In this document: positions 46,384 through 56,267 of the stretch, piece after piece
How positions within the stretch are numbered: the stretch's first letter is position 1
Layout: every line of letters begins with the position of its first letter
Origin: Rikenellaceae bacterium
GTDB taxonomy: Bacteria > Bacteroidota > Bacteroidia > Bacteroidales > Rikenellaceae
Direction of reading: 5' to 3'
Length of the DNA: 64,000 nt
NCBI GenBank assembly: GCA_015060045.1
Contig: SUZH01000006.1
Span: 53,354 to 117,353, forward strand
Position numbers and translations under genes: made by a program
Notes under the pieces: generated by a model
Databases searched by the model: none
What the model was told of the DNA's origin: nothing
What the model saw: only the letters and a program-made list of their open reading frames with translations

Positions 46384-48192
46384 TTAGATTCCCATCTCTT
46401 TAAGGTAATACTTCAGCGTTTCGAGCACGTTCGACTTCACGTTGATGAAGTTCGTAATGCCCTGTGCCTCCAACTCGGGCGTGCAGGCGGGAGCGCCGGC
46501 AACTACCAGGATAGCCTTACCACCCAGCAGCTCCTTGATCTTGGGAGCTACCTCGGCGTAGTCATCGTCCGAAGCGCAGACAACCACGATCTCGGCCTTC
46601 GATGCGAGGGCAGCCTCAACACCCTCCTCAACCGACTTGAAGAAGGTATTATCCTCTACGCGGATACCGGCGCAAGCGAAGAAGTTGCACGAGAACTGGG
46701 CGCGAGCGCGAGCCATACCGAGCGAGCCGCACGTCAGCATGAAGGCCTTCGGCTCCTTGCCCGAACGATCCACCTCCAGACGCATCTGCTCGAAGGCCAT
46801 GGCGCCACGGTAGGCGTTCAGCACGTTACCCTCCTTCAGGTCACGCTCAACCGACTCCATCGTGATCTCCTCACCGGCAACCTCCGTAAAGTTGGGGAAC
46901 TGGTTGGCACCGAGCAGGATCTGACGACGCGTAGCGATGTTCTTATCCTTCTGGGCAGCCGAAGCCTCCACCATCTCCTTTACCTTACCGGCCTCGTAAG
47001 CAGCAGCGTAGCCACCCTGCTCCTCGAGGGCAAGGAAGAGCTTCCAAGCCTCCTCGGCGATCGACTTCGTGAGGTTCTCGATGTAGTACGAACCACCGGC
47101 GGGGTCAACCACCTGGTCGAAGTGCGACTCATGCTTCAGAAGCAGCTCCACGTTGCGAGCGATACGCTTCGAGAACTCATCGGGCTCGGCGTATACGGCG
47201 TTGAAAGGAACAACCTCCAGCGAGTTCACACCGGCAATCGCTGCCGACATTGCCTCGGTCGTACCACGCAACATGTTTACATAGGGGTCATACACGCTCT
47301 GATTCCAGCGCGAAGTCTCGGCGTGCACATACATCTTCGAAGCGCAGAGCTTCTCGGGCTCGTAAGCCTTCACGATGTTGGCCCACAGCATGCGACCGGC
47401 ACGGAACTTGGCGATCTCCATGAAGTAGTTCGACGTTACGCTGAAGGTAAAGCGAATGGCGCGTGCAGCGTCATCGGCCGACAGACCGGCATCGGTCAGA
47501 CGAGCCATGTACTCCTGACCGGCCGAGAGGGCGAAGCCCAGCTCCTCGACGATCGTCGAACCGGCATTACCAAAGAGGTTGGCATGGATCGTGATCGGGC
47601 GAACGTGCTTCCACTTGGCGCACTTCTTTACCAACTCGGCTACGCACTGCTCAGCGCAAGCGCAACCCTTGGCTTTACCCTTGACAATCGGGTCAGCCTC
47701 GAACGAGATGAAGGCATCCTCCAGACCCTCCTTCTCCAACTTGGCGATTACCAACTCGGCCACCTCGGGGCAGAAGGTCAGCTCAACGGCCGACAATACG
47801 ATGCCCTCCAGCAGCTGATCCAGCTTCTCGGCCGTCATCTCCACACCGCAGGTGCAGAAGCCGAGCGAATCAACGCCCGAGTTGAGCAACTTGAGTGCCT
47901 CGGCATTTGCCTCGGCCACCTCCTTAACGACCACCGTCTGGTGGATGCGCCACTCGTTGTTGGCGCGCGTTCCGCGTACATAGGGGAACTCACCTGCCTT
48001 CGACTGCAGGAACTCGATGCCCTCGAGGTTCTCGGCACGGTAGTAGGGACGCAGGTTGAAGCCCTCGCCCGTACGCCATACCAGCTTACGCTCGTAGTCG
48101 GCACCCTTGAGATCGGCCGTAATCACCTCCTCCCACTTCTCGGTCGGAACCGCGGGGAACTCGGCGAACAGCTTTTCATTAAGATTTGCCAT
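46384..48192 (-). CDS. mutA: Methylmalonyl-CoA mutase small subunit
   Basis: 602 aa, mutase-like but lacking the DxHxxG motif. Its stop lies 2 nt before the mutB ATG. Confidence 0.88.
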   Translation of the reverse strand: MANLNEKLFAEFPAVPTEKWEEVITADLKGADYERKLVWRTGEGFNLRPYYRAENLEGIEFLQSKAGEFPYVRGTRANNEWRIHQTVVVKEVAEANAEALKLLNSGVDSLGFCTCGVEMTAEKLDQLLEGIVLSAVELTFCPEVAELVIAKLEKEGLEDAFISFEADPIVKGKAKGCACAEQCVAELVKKCAKWKHVRPITIHANLFGNAGSTIVEELGFALSAGQEYMARLTDAGLSADDAARAIRFTFSVTSNYFMEIAKFRAGRMLWANIVKAYEPEKLCASKMYVHAETSRWNQSVYDPYVNMLRGTTEAMSAAIAGVNSLEVVPFNAVYAEPDEFSKRIARNVELLLKHESHFDQVVDPAGGSYYIENLTKSIAEEAWKLFLALEEQGGYAAAYEAGKVKEMVEASAAQKDKNIATRRQILLGANQFPNFTEVAGEEITMESVERDLKEGNVLNAYRGAMAFEQMRLEVDRSGKEPKAFMLTCGSLGMARARAQFSCNFFACAGIRVEDNTFFKSVEEGVEAALASKAEIVVVCASDDDYAEVAPKIKELLGGKAILVVAGAPACTPELEAQGITNFINVKSNVLETLKYYLKEMGI

Positions 48193-48247
48193 AACTGTTT
48201 TTTAGTTAATTATGATTGAATTGAAATAGTTGTCTTAAATAGGCGCG

Positions 48248-48255
48248 TAAAGATA
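48248..48255 (-). promoter_or_regulatory. Possible -7 box (TATCTTTA) for mutAB
   Basis: The reverse complement of taaagata, 55 nt upstream of ATG 48192. The last base deviates from the consensus G. Confidence 0.35.
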
Positions 48256-48668
48256 GCGATTATTCGGTAAAGAACGAAACTTTTTGTTATTTTTCTAACA
48301 ATTAACCTTAAAATCGTTTTTTTCGCCAGGATCGGCTATCTGCGCAAAAGCGCAGAGTAAAACCAACTCTACACGAAAGACAAGCGGCATTGAAGATTAC
48401 TCACCCATAAACACGATGCACCTCACATCCAATTTCAACAGGATCGATTTATTCCAATTTTCAACTATATCACCTGCATTTTACCGTAAATCAAAAATTC
48501 GAGATTTTCAACCGAAAACCCGATTTTTCGCCCGATTTTCCGAAAAACAATCCCAAATTTCAGCACAAGCCCTGAAAAATCACCCGATTTTCCGAGAAAA
48601 GTGCTAAAATTTTGCACCATAACGCAAAAATCATCACTTTTGCGTAGCGCAGATAAACAAGAAATATT

Positions 48669-48676
48669 TATCTTTG
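48669..48676 (+). promoter_or_regulatory. -7 box TATCTTTG for glnN
   Basis: An exact motif 27 nt upstream of ATG 48704. Confidence 0.6.
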
Positions 48677-48703
48677 CAAAAACGAATCTAAACACACAGA
48701 ACA

Positions 48704-50887
48704 ATGTCATCCTTGTTGCGATTTAAGATGGTCGATGCGGCCATTAATCACACGGCCGTGGAGGTAGAGGCTCCCGAAGGCCGTCCGTCGGATTATTTTG
48801 GTGCGAAGGTTTTTGGTCGCGAGGCGATGCGCAAGTACCTCGACAAAAAGACCTACGAAGCCCTCTCGGACACGATGGCCAACGGCACGCCCTTGAAGCG
48901 CGAAGTGGCCGACTCGATCGCCGCCGGCATGCGTCAATGGGCCTTGGAGCATGGTGCCGACCACTACACCCACTGGTTCCAGCCCCTCACGGGCAGCACA
49001 GCCGAGAAGCACGACGCCTTCGCGCAGCCGGACGGCTTCGGGGGTGTGATCGAGGAGTTTTCGGGTAAGCTCTTGGCGCAGTCCGAGCCCGACGCATCGT
49101 CGTTCCCCAACGGCGGCATCCGCAACACCTTCGAAGCGCGTGGTTATTCGGCCTGGGATCCCGCATCGCCTGCCTTTATCGTCGATACAACGCTCTGTAT
49201 TCCTACCGTCTTTATCGCCTACACGGGCGAGGCTTTGGACTATAAAGTTCCCCTGCTGCGCTCGATTTCGGCCGTCGATAAGGCCGCCACGGAGGTCTGC
49301 CACTACTTTGACCGCTCGGTGGAGAAGGTCTATACCTACCTCGGTTGGGAGCAGGAGTATTTCCTGGTGGATGAGAGTTTGTGGGCCGTTCGCCCCGACC
49401 TGATGCTGACGGGCCGCACCCTCATGGGCCACGAGTCGGCCAAGAACCAGCAGTTGGAGGATCATTATTTCGGTGCGATCCCTACGCGCGTGATCGCCTT
49501 CATGAAGGAGCTCGAATACGAGTGCTTGAAGCTCGGTATTCCCGTCAAGACGCGCCATAACGAGGTGGCACCCAACCAGTTCGAGCTGGCCCCCGTCTAC
49601 GAGGAGGCCAATCTGGCAAACGACCACAACCAGCTCCTGATGACGATCATGGATAAGATTGCCCGCCGCCATAAGTTCCGCGTGCTGCTGCACGAGAAGC
49701 CCTTCAAGGGAATCAACGGTTCGGGTAAGCACAACAACTGGTCACTCGGCACGGACACGGGTGTCAACCTGATGGGCCCGGGCAAGACCGCCTCGGAGAA
49801 TCTGCAGTTTATTACCTTCTTGGTGAATGTCATTTCGGCCGTACACAAGCACAACGGCCTGCTGAAGGCCGCCATCATGAGCGCCACGAACGCCCACCGT
49901 CTGGGTGCCAACGAGGCGCCGCCAGCCATTATCTCCGCCTTCCTCGGCACACAGGTGTCGGCCGTGCTGGATAAGTTGGCCGACTCGAAGAGCGACAACG
50001 CCATCCGTTTCGATGCCAAGGGCGTATTCAAGATGAGCGGTATCTCGCACATCCCCACCCTGCTGCTCGACAATACGGACCGCAACCGCACCTCGCCCTT
50101 TGCCTTTACGGGTAATCGCTTCGAGTTCCGCGCCGTCGGATCGTCGGACAACTGCGCCGAGGCGATCATCACCCTTAATACGATCCTGGCCGACGAGCTG
50201 ACCGCTTTCAAGCGGGAGGTGGATGCAAAGATCGAGCGAGGCACGAAGAAGGAGAAGGCGATCTATGAGGTGCTGAAGCGCATGATCAACGATTGCCGTG
50301 CAATCCGATTCGACGGCAACGGCTACTCGGAGGAGTGGCGTGAAGAGGCAGCTCGTCGTGGTCTGGATTGTGAGACGTCGGCGCCACTGATCTTTGACCG
50401 TTACCTCACCCCGGAGACCATCTCGCTCTTTGACCGCACAGGTGTCTACTCGAAAATCGAGCTGGAAGCTCGCACCGAGGTAAAGTGGGAGACCTACGTT
50501 AAGAAGATCCAGATCGAGGGCCGCGTCCTGGGCGATTTGGTGATGAACTACATCGTACCGACCGCTTCGCGCTACGAGGCAACGCTGCTTGACAAAGTCT
50601 ATAAGATGTCGCAGATCGGTTCGGGTCTCAATGCCGATGCCGATATTGCCCTCATCAAGCGCATTCAGGACCATACGGCCGAGATTGTCCGCCTTGCAGA
50701 GGAGCTGGTCGAGGCGCGCAAGAAGGCCAACCGCATCGAGGATATGCGCCTCAAAGCTATTGCCTACCACGACACCGTGGAGGGTTATTTTGATCGCATC
50801 CGCCACCATGTCGACAAGTTGGAGGAGATCGTCGATGACCAGATTTGGCCCTTGCCGAAGTACCGCGAGCTCTTGTTCCTACGCTAA
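48704..50887 (+). CDS. glnN: Glutamine synthetase type III
   Basis: 727 aa. The N-terminal FKMVDAA...YFGAKVFGREAMRKYL and the overall length are typical of Bacteroides GSIII. Confidence 0.9.
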   Translation: MSSLLRFKMVDAAINHTAVEVEAPEGRPSDYFGAKVFGREAMRKYLDKKTYEALSDTMANGTPLKREVADSIAAGMRQWALEHGADHYTHWFQPLTGSTAEKHDAFAQPDGFGGVIEEFSGKLLAQSEPDASSFPNGGIRNTFEARGYSAWDPASPAFIVDTTLCIPTVFIAYTGEALDYKVPLLRSISAVDKAATEVCHYFDRSVEKVYTYLGWEQEYFLVDESLWAVRPDLMLTGRTLMGHESAKNQQLEDHYFGAIPTRVIAFMKELEYECLKLGIPVKTRHNEVAPNQFELAPVYEEANLANDHNQLLMTIMDKIARRHKFRVLLHEKPFKGINGSGKHNNWSLGTDTGVNLMGPGKTASENLQFITFLVNVISAVHKHNGLLKAAIMSATNAHRLGANEAPPAIISAFLGTQVSAVLDKLADSKSDNAIRFDAKGVFKMSGISHIPTLLLDNTDRNRTSPFAFTGNRFEFRAVGSSDNCAEAIITLNTILADELTAFKREVDAKIERGTKKEKAIYEVLKRMINDCRAIRFDGNGYSEEWREEAARRGLDCETSAPLIFDRYLTPETISLFDRTGVYSKIELEARTEVKWETYVKKIQIEGRVLGDLVMNYIVPTASRYEATLLDKVYKMSQIGSGLNADADIALIKRIQDHTAEIVRLAEELVEARKKANRIEDMRLKAIAYHDTVEGYFDRIRHHVDKLEEIVDDQIWPLPKYRELLFLR

Positions 50888-50920
50888 CATTTAACCAACA
50901 CTTTCTAACACCTAAACACC

Positions 50921-52480
50921 ATGAAACGAACCCTTTTACTGCTTTTAATGTGCCTCGGCATGCACGTTGCGTCAGCCCAGGTGCACATTCCGACCCGTGC
51001 AGAGGTAGGCGCCGCCGTCTGCCCCACGGAGATTGCCCCAATCGAGGCCCCCTTCTACATGCCCGAGATGGAGCGTCCGACCTTCCCCGACTACACGGTA
51101 CGGGTCGCTTGCCCCACGAACGGCGACATGGCTACCCGTGCCATTCAAAAGGCGATCGATCAAACCGCGAAGCGTGGCGGTGGTCGTGTCATCGTTCCTG
51201 CCGGCCATTGGCACACGGGGCGCATCACGCTCAAGAGCAACGTCAATCTCCACCTCGAGGAGGGGTGCGAACTGCACTTCAGCGGTGAGATCGAGGACTA
51301 TCTCCCTGCCGTCTTTACGACCAACGAGGGCGTAGAGATCATGTCGCTTGGCGCCTGCATCTATGCCTGCAATGCTGAGAACATCGCCTTGACGGGTAGA
51401 GGTCGTCTGATTGGTCCCAAGAGCGGTTCGATCAAGGATCGCCAAGTGTCGTTTGCGGTCGAAAAGATCGACTTCAACACCCCCGTCGAGGAGCGCATCT
51501 ACGACGGCAAGGATGGTGGCGAAGTCTTCCTGCCTACCTTCTTCGGCCCGATCAACTGCAAAAAGGTCTTCCTCGAAGGGGTACGTTTCGAGCAGGGCTT
51601 CTTCTGGAACATCGCGCCGGTTTATTGCGAGGAGCTGATCATTCGCGGCGTAGAGGTCGAGTCGGTCGGCATTCCGCGCGGTGACGGTATCGATATCACC
51701 TGCTGTAAATATGTCCTCATCGAGTACTCGACGATGAGTTGCGGCGACGACAACTTTGCCATGAAGGGTGGCCGCAACGAGTATGGCGAGGCGATTGGAC
51801 GCGCCTCGGAGAACATCGTCATGCGCCGTTGCTTGACGCTACGCGGTCACGGCGGTATCACCTGTGGCAGCGAGACGGCCGGCTGGATCCGCAACCTCTA
51901 CACGCACGACTGCGTCTTCGACGGCACGCAGGTCGGCATTCGCTTCAAGACACGTCGTCCGCGCGCCGGTGGTGGCGAAAACCTTACCTACGAGCGCATC
52001 CGCATGAACACCACGAAGGGCGCCATCGTCTGGGATATGCTGGGCAACCCCGCGTGGATCGGTGAATTGGCCGCACGTAAACCGGCACAACGCTGGACAA
52101 AACTCACACCGGCTTTCCGCGCCATTACGATTCGGGATGTCGTGGTCGAGGGGTGCCGTGAGCTGATCGACATGAAGGCGATTCCCGAGAGCCCCGTACG
52201 CTACCTGCAGATCGAGAACCTGACGCTCGACATGAGCCGCACGAAGAGCGACCCGAGCAACCGTCGATTGATGCTCCTGCGCGATGTCGAGGGGATGTCG
52301 ATGCGTAATTTCCGCATGATCGGAGCCAAGAAGCCCCTCATCGAGGTGGTTGATGGTCGCAACCTCATTTTTGAAAATTGGCAGACCGAAGGAATCACCC
52401 CCGAAGTGCAGTATGAGGGCGATCTGACGGGCGACATCCGTTTCTACAACTGCCCGGGCTGGGAAGCGTTCAACCGATAG
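50921..52480 (+). CDS. GH28 glycoside hydrolase (exo-polygalacturonase/rhamnogalacturonase-like), secreted
   Basis: It has a signal peptide. Parallel beta-helix motifs are GDGIDI, CGDDNFAMKGG, RGHGGITCGSE and GIRFKT. Confidence 0.85.
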   Translation: MKRTLLLLLMCLGMHVASAQVHIPTRAEVGAAVCPTEIAPIEAPFYMPEMERPTFPDYTVRVACPTNGDMATRAIQKAIDQTAKRGGGRVIVPAGHWHTGRITLKSNVNLHLEEGCELHFSGEIEDYLPAVFTTNEGVEIMSLGACIYACNAENIALTGRGRLIGPKSGSIKDRQVSFAVEKIDFNTPVEERIYDGKDGGEVFLPTFFGPINCKKVFLEGVRFEQGFFWNIAPVYCEELIIRGVEVESVGIPRGDGIDITCCKYVLIEYSTMSCGDDNFAMKGGRNEYGEAIGRASENIVMRRCLTLRGHGGITCGSETAGWIRNLYTHDCVFDGTQVGIRFKTRRPRAGGGENLTYERIRMNTTKGAIVWDMLGNPAWIGELAARKPAQRWTKLTPAFRAITIRDVVVEGCRELIDMKAIPESPVRYLQIENLTLDMSRTKSDPSNRRLMLLRDVEGMSMRNFRMIGAKKPLIEVVDGRNLIFENWQTEGITPEVQYEGDLTGDIRFYNCPGWEAFNR

Positions 52481-52497
52481 CCACGTGTACATACAAA

Positions 52498-52537
52498 CAA
52501 AAAAAGAGCAAGGTCGAAAGCCTTGCTCTTTTTTTTG
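52498..52537. terminator. Bidirectional terminator between the convergent GH28 and NhaC genes
   Basis: The sequence is aaaaaaagagcaagg-tcgaaag-ccttgctctttttttt. Confidence 0.8.
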
Positions 52538-53845
52538 TTATGCCGTGCGTCGGCGATTCTTGATCAAAATCGAAATCACGGTACAGAAGCCCAATGCAAA
52601 GGGATAGTAGAGATGGCCCATGATCTCCAATGGTGAGAGCGAGGCCAAACCGGCCGCCATCAGCATCTGCGCACCATAGGGCAGCATACCCTGCGTAAAG
52701 CAGGAGATACTATCGAGCAGCGAGGCACTCTTGCGACGATCTACACCAAAGCGATCGGCAATCTCGGCCGCCAGCGGGCCGACGGTCAGAATGGCAATCG
52801 TATTGTTGGCCGTACAGCAGTTGGCCAAGCAGACCAATCCGGCAATCGCCCCTTGGGCAGCACGCGGACCGTGCAGACGGCGCGTCAGGCGCGAAATGAT
52901 GTAGTCGATACCGCCACCGCGACGAATCGTCTCGAGCATACCGCCTGCCAACATCGTCACGATGATCAATTCACCCATGCCGACCATACCCTTTCCCAGT
53001 TCGCCACACCAGCCAAAGAGGTCGAGTGCGCCCGTTGCCAGACCGATGGCACCCGTGCTGACAATGCCCAGCAAGAGCACCAACATCACATGAACACCCG
53101 CCAGAGCCGTAATCAACACCAAGAGGTAGGGCACAACCTTCACCCACTCGACCGTTTCGACCACAGCCAGCGATTCGGCGCGTGCACCCGTGAGCAGGTA
53201 GATGACCAACGTAATGGCAGCTGCCGGGGCGGCAATACGCAAATTGAAGCGGAATTTATCCTTCAGATTGACGCCTTGCGTACGTGTAGCAGCGATTGTC
53301 GTGTCGGAGATAAACGAGAGATTGTCGCCAAAGAACGAGCCTCCGACCACCGTGGCGACCAGCAATGCGGTATTCAATCCCGTCTCATCGGCCAATCCGG
53401 CAGCCACCGGAGTCAGGGCAACCACCGTACCCACCGACGTACCCACCGAGATCGACACAAAGCAGGCAGCCAGGAAGAGTCCCGCCGTGAGATACTCGGC
53501 CGGCAGGAGTTTGAGTGTCAGGTTGACCGTGGCATCAATGGCTCCCATCGCCTCGGCCGAACCGGCAAAAGCACCTGCCAGGATGAAGATCCAGATCATC
53601 TGCAGGATATTGGAATCTGCCGCACCGTGTGAGAAGACCTCCACGCGCTCCTGCAACGTCCGCCCTTTGAGCAGACAAGCCGCATAGACCGAAGCCACGA
53701 CAAAGGCTACGGCAATGGGCATTTTGTAGAAGTCGCCCACGACGAGCGACGTCACCAAATAGAGCACCAGAAATAACAACAGAGGGGTCAGCGCCAAAAA
53801 GCGACCCTCCTTCGGAGTAGTATTCGACATCATTGATTGGTTCAT
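52538..53845 (-). CDS. nhaC: NhaC-family Na+/H+ antiporter
   Basis: A polytopic protein of ~435 aa. The start is uncertain: TTG at 53860, or ATG at 53845, 53833 or 53830. Confidence 0.8.
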   Translation of the reverse strand: MNQSMMSNTTPKEGRFLALTPLLLFLVLYLVTSLVVGDFYKMPIAVAFVVASVYAACLLKGRTLQERVEVFSHGAADSNILQMIWIFILAGAFAGSAEAMGAIDATVNLTLKLLPAEYLTAGLFLAACFVSISVGTSVGTVVALTPVAAGLADETGLNTALLVATVVGGSFFGDNLSFISDTTIAATRTQGVNLKDKFRFNLRIAAPAAAITLVIYLLTGARAESLAVVETVEWVKVVPYLLVLITALAGVHVMLVLLLGIVSTGAIGLATGALDLFGWCGELGKGMVGMGELIIVTMLAGGMLETIRRGGGIDYIISRLTRRLHGPRAAQGAIAGLVCLANCCTANNTIAILTVGPLAAEIADRFGVDRRKSASLLDSISCFTQGMLPYGAQMLMAAGLASLSPLEIMGHLYYPFALGFCTVISILIKNRRRTA

Positions 53846-53862
53846 CCGCAACAGCGACAAAT

Positions 53863-54489
53863 TTAGCGATTCTTGGGCGTCTTAATCTTCGGCTCATACT
53901 GCGGCTCTTCGATCCCCGCCTCACGAGCCAAGGCAAAGGCACGCATCATCCAAGCCATATTCTCACCCAGCATGCGCATAATCTGCATACCCTCCTCGTC
54001 ACAACGCACCTCATCCGGATTCGAGCCGTAGACCATGTTCCAATAGAGCGAAGGAACCATCGGCATGTGGTGGAAAGCGATGTAGCGATTCAGCTGATCG
54101 AGCGTAGCGGTGGTACCGGCACGGCGCGCCGATACAATCGAAGCGGCCGGTTTACGCACAAAGACACCCTGTCTGCCGCCACACATAAAGACGCGATCCA
54201 GGAACGAAGCAATCGCACCGCTGGCCGAGGCATAGTGGACAGGCGAACCGAAGATAAAGCCATCTGCCTCACGTGCCCGCTCGACAAATTCATTCACACC
54301 GTCCTGACGGAAGCAACGTCCCGTCGCGGCACAGGCACCACAACCGATACAACCGGCTACCGGATCGTTGCCGATCCAAAAGATTTCGGATTGGATATCG
54401 TGTCGCTCGAGGGTCGAGGCGATCTCGGTCAGGGCCGTATGGGTGCAACCCTTTTCATGGGGGCTGCCGTTCAGCAAAAGTACCTTCAT
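53863..54489 (-). CDS. Flavodoxin-fold NAD(P)H-dependent FMN reductase / iron-sulfur flavoprotein-like
   Basis: Diagnostic blocks are MKVLLLNGSPHEKG, the Cys cluster [14 protein letters not shown], and GFIFGSPVHY. Confidence 0.75.
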   Translation of the reverse strand: MKVLLLNGSPHEKGCTHTALTEIASTLERHDIQSEIFWIGNDPVAGCIGCGACAATGRCFRQDGVNEFVERAREADGFIFGSPVHYASASGAIASFLDRVFMCGGRQGVFVRKPAASIVSARRAGTTATLDQLNRYIAFHHMPMVPSLYWNMVYGSNPDEVRCDEEGMQIMRMLGENMAWMMRAFALAREAGIEEPQYEPKIKTPKNR

Positions 54490-54514
54490 CGTTCGTATGG
54501 GTTTATTTAGGTGT

Positions 54515-54522
54515 CAAAAATA
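54515..54522 (-). promoter_or_regulatory. -7 box TATTTTTG for the flavoprotein-nhaC pair
   Basis: The reverse complement of caaaaata, 25 nt upstream of ATG 54489. Confidence 0.5.
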
Positions 54523-54575
54523 GCCTTTTTTTCCCAAACGGCCGCTATCGGGTTGCTATTTTCGTAGAAAAACTT

Positions 54576-54583
54576 TATATTTG
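54576..54583 (+). promoter_or_regulatory. -7 box TATATTTG for the URO-D-like gene
   Basis: It matches TAnnTTTG, 33 nt upstream of ATG 54617. Confidence 0.55.
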
Positions 54584-54616
54584 TTTATTCGTGCAAACCT
54601 TAAAACTATCCTTCCT

Positions 54617-55654
54617 ATGATGACACATCGAGAACGATTCTTCGCCACGGTGGCCGGTGAAGCGGTCGATCGTCCCGCCTCGTGGTTGGGACTCCCCGTA
54701 CCCTCGGCTTTACCGCGTCTGTTTGCCCACTTTGGCGTTGAGACGATCGACGAACTCAAACGTAAGATCGACGACGACGTCTATCCCATCCCCGTCCCCT
54801 ACCACAACCCGCCGACGAACGACATCGGTTGCTCGCTCGCTTTTGCCAAGAGCGGTGAGGGCGGTGCACAGGATGAGCGCACACTGACCGCACCGGGTTT
54901 CTTCGAGGATATGACCGATCCGGCCTTGGTGGATACCTTCCCGTGGCCCGATCCCGAGGAGCATATCGATTTCAACGAGGCACGCCGTCTGGCGATGGAG
55001 GCCCCCGAGGATTCGGCCCGCATGGGTATTATGTGGGCGGCCCACTTCCAGGATGCCTGCTCGGCCTTCGGTATGGAGAATGCCCTGCTGACGATGATGA
55101 TCGCCCCCGAGATGTTCCGTGCCGTCATTGACCGCATCACCGACTTCTACATCCGTTGCGGCGAGATCTTCTACGAGGCCACGAAGGGGTACCTGGATGC
55201 CGTCTTGATCGGCAACGACTTTGGCTCGCAGAATGGCCTGCTGGTATCGCCCGAGGAGCTGCGCGAATATGTCTTCCCCGGCACGAAGCGTCTGGTGGAC
55301 CAGGCGAAGAGCTATGGACTGAAGGTCGTACACCACTCGTGTGGCGCGATTCATCCGATTATCCAGGATCTCTTCGATCTGGGTATTGATGTCATTCACC
55401 CGATCCAGGCCAAGGCGCGCGATATGCAGGCTGAGAAGCTCAAGGCCGACTTTGCGGGCAAGGGTTGCTTCTTTGGCGGTGTGGATGCCCAGCATCTCTT
55501 GGTGAATGGCACGCCCGAAGAGGTGGAGGCCGACGTAAAGCGTCTGAAGGAGATCTTCCCCACGGGACTGATCCTCTCGCCGAGCCACGAGGCGATTCTG
55601 CCCGACATCAACCCTGCCAATGTGGAGGCGTTGTTTAGAGCAATTAAGAATTAG
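54617..55654 (+). CDS. Uroporphyrinogen-decarboxylase (URO-D)/MtaA-like family protein of unknown substrate
   Basis: Start moved to ATG 54617, downstream of the promoter box. The TIM-barrel URO-D-like layout has VHHSCG and DVIHPIQ blocks. Confidence 0.65.
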   Translation: MMTHRERFFATVAGEAVDRPASWLGLPVPSALPRLFAHFGVETIDELKRKIDDDVYPIPVPYHNPPTNDIGCSLAFAKSGEGGAQDERTLTAPGFFEDMTDPALVDTFPWPDPEEHIDFNEARRLAMEAPEDSARMGIMWAAHFQDACSAFGMENALLTMMIAPEMFRAVIDRITDFYIRCGEIFYEATKGYLDAVLIGNDFGSQNGLLVSPEELREYVFPGTKRLVDQAKSYGLKVVHHSCGAIHPIIQDLFDLGIDVIHPIQAKARDMQAEKLKADFAGKGCFFGGVDAQHLLVNGTPEEVEADVKRLKEIFPTGLILSPSHEAILPDINPANVEALFRAIKN

Positions 55655-55657
55655 TAA

Positions 55658-55725
55658 TAACCAAGGCGACATCAACTGCTTACCAAAGAATCTCAACCCG
55701 TTTTTTGATTTTAGGCGAGCAGATT
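55658..55725 (+). repeat. Copy 1 of a 67/68-bp direct repeat (taaccaaggcgacatcaactgcttaccaaagaatctcaacccgttttttgattttaggcgagcagatt)
   Basis: It is nearly identical to 55765-55831, differing by a single 1-nt indel. Confidence 0.9.
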
Positions 55726-55764
55726 AAAAATTCAAAATTCAAAATTTAGAATTCAAAATTAGTT

Positions 55765-55831
55765 TAACCAAGGCGACACAACTGCTTACCAAAGAATCTC
55801 AACCCGTTTTTTGATTTTAGGCGAGCAGATT
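55765..55831 (+). repeat. Copy 2 of the 67/68-bp direct repeat; the copies are separated by an AT-only heptad spacer (55726-55764)
   Basis: Read directly from the sequence. Confidence 0.9.
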
Positions 55832-55931
55832 TTGGCCTGACCGAAGGTTGGCTTGGATGGGCTGTACAAGAGGTACTGCCCATTCAAGACAAGCAAGGAA
55901 GGACAAAAGGTGCCGCATAAAATCGAAAAAG

Positions 55932-56255
55932 ATGAAAAGGTATGGTCAAGTAATCGGTGTTAATGCCGATAAGTTGGAGGAGTACAAGAAGTTGCACGCT
56001 GCCGCATGGCCGGGTGTACTGAAGATGATCAAGGAGTGTAACATCCAGAATTACAGCATCTACTACAAGGATGGACTACTGTTCAGCTACTACGAGTATG
56101 TAGGCGATGACTACGAAAAGGATATGGCCAAGATGGCCGCCGACCCCGAGACGCAGCGTTGGTGGGATGTCTGCATGCCCTGCCAGAAGCCGCTCGAGAC
56201 GCGTCAAGAGGGCGAGTGGTGGGCCACGATGGAGGAGGTCTTCTACCTGGAGTAA
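55932..56255 (+). CDS. rhaM: L-rhamnose mutarotase
   Basis: Start moved to ATG 55932. The 107-aa product begins MKRYGQVIGVNADKLEEYKKLHAAAWPGVL and includes YSIYYKDGLLFSYYEY. Confidence 0.85.
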   Translation: MKRYGQVIGVNADKLEEYKKLHAAAWPGVLKMIKECNIQNYSIYYKDGLLFSYYEYVGDDYEKDMAKMAADPETQRWWDVCMPCQKPLETRQEGEWWATMEEVFYLE

Positions 56256-56267
56256 AAACAAACGCCC

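Noticed and set aside
48193-48420. A cobalamin riboswitch upstream of mutA
   Set aside because: I read the minus-strand leader and upstream region and found no B12-box-like GCCACTG or AGGGAA core. The leader from the putative promoter is only ~55 nt.
50921-52480. GH28 as part of a second PUL
   Set aside because: There is no SusC/SusD pair or regulator next to it. It sits alone between glnN and a convergent nhaC.
20409-56255. N-terminal extensions in the ORF track (20409, 22586, 24415, 28562, 34152, 35018, 42235, 43413, 54581 and 55848 starts; 5756, 39240 and 42251 on the minus strand)
   Set aside because: The extensions overlap upstream genes, terminators or TAnnTTTG promoter boxes, or begin with TTG or GTG. 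Downstream ATGs give the canonical N-termini or lipoprotein signal peptides.
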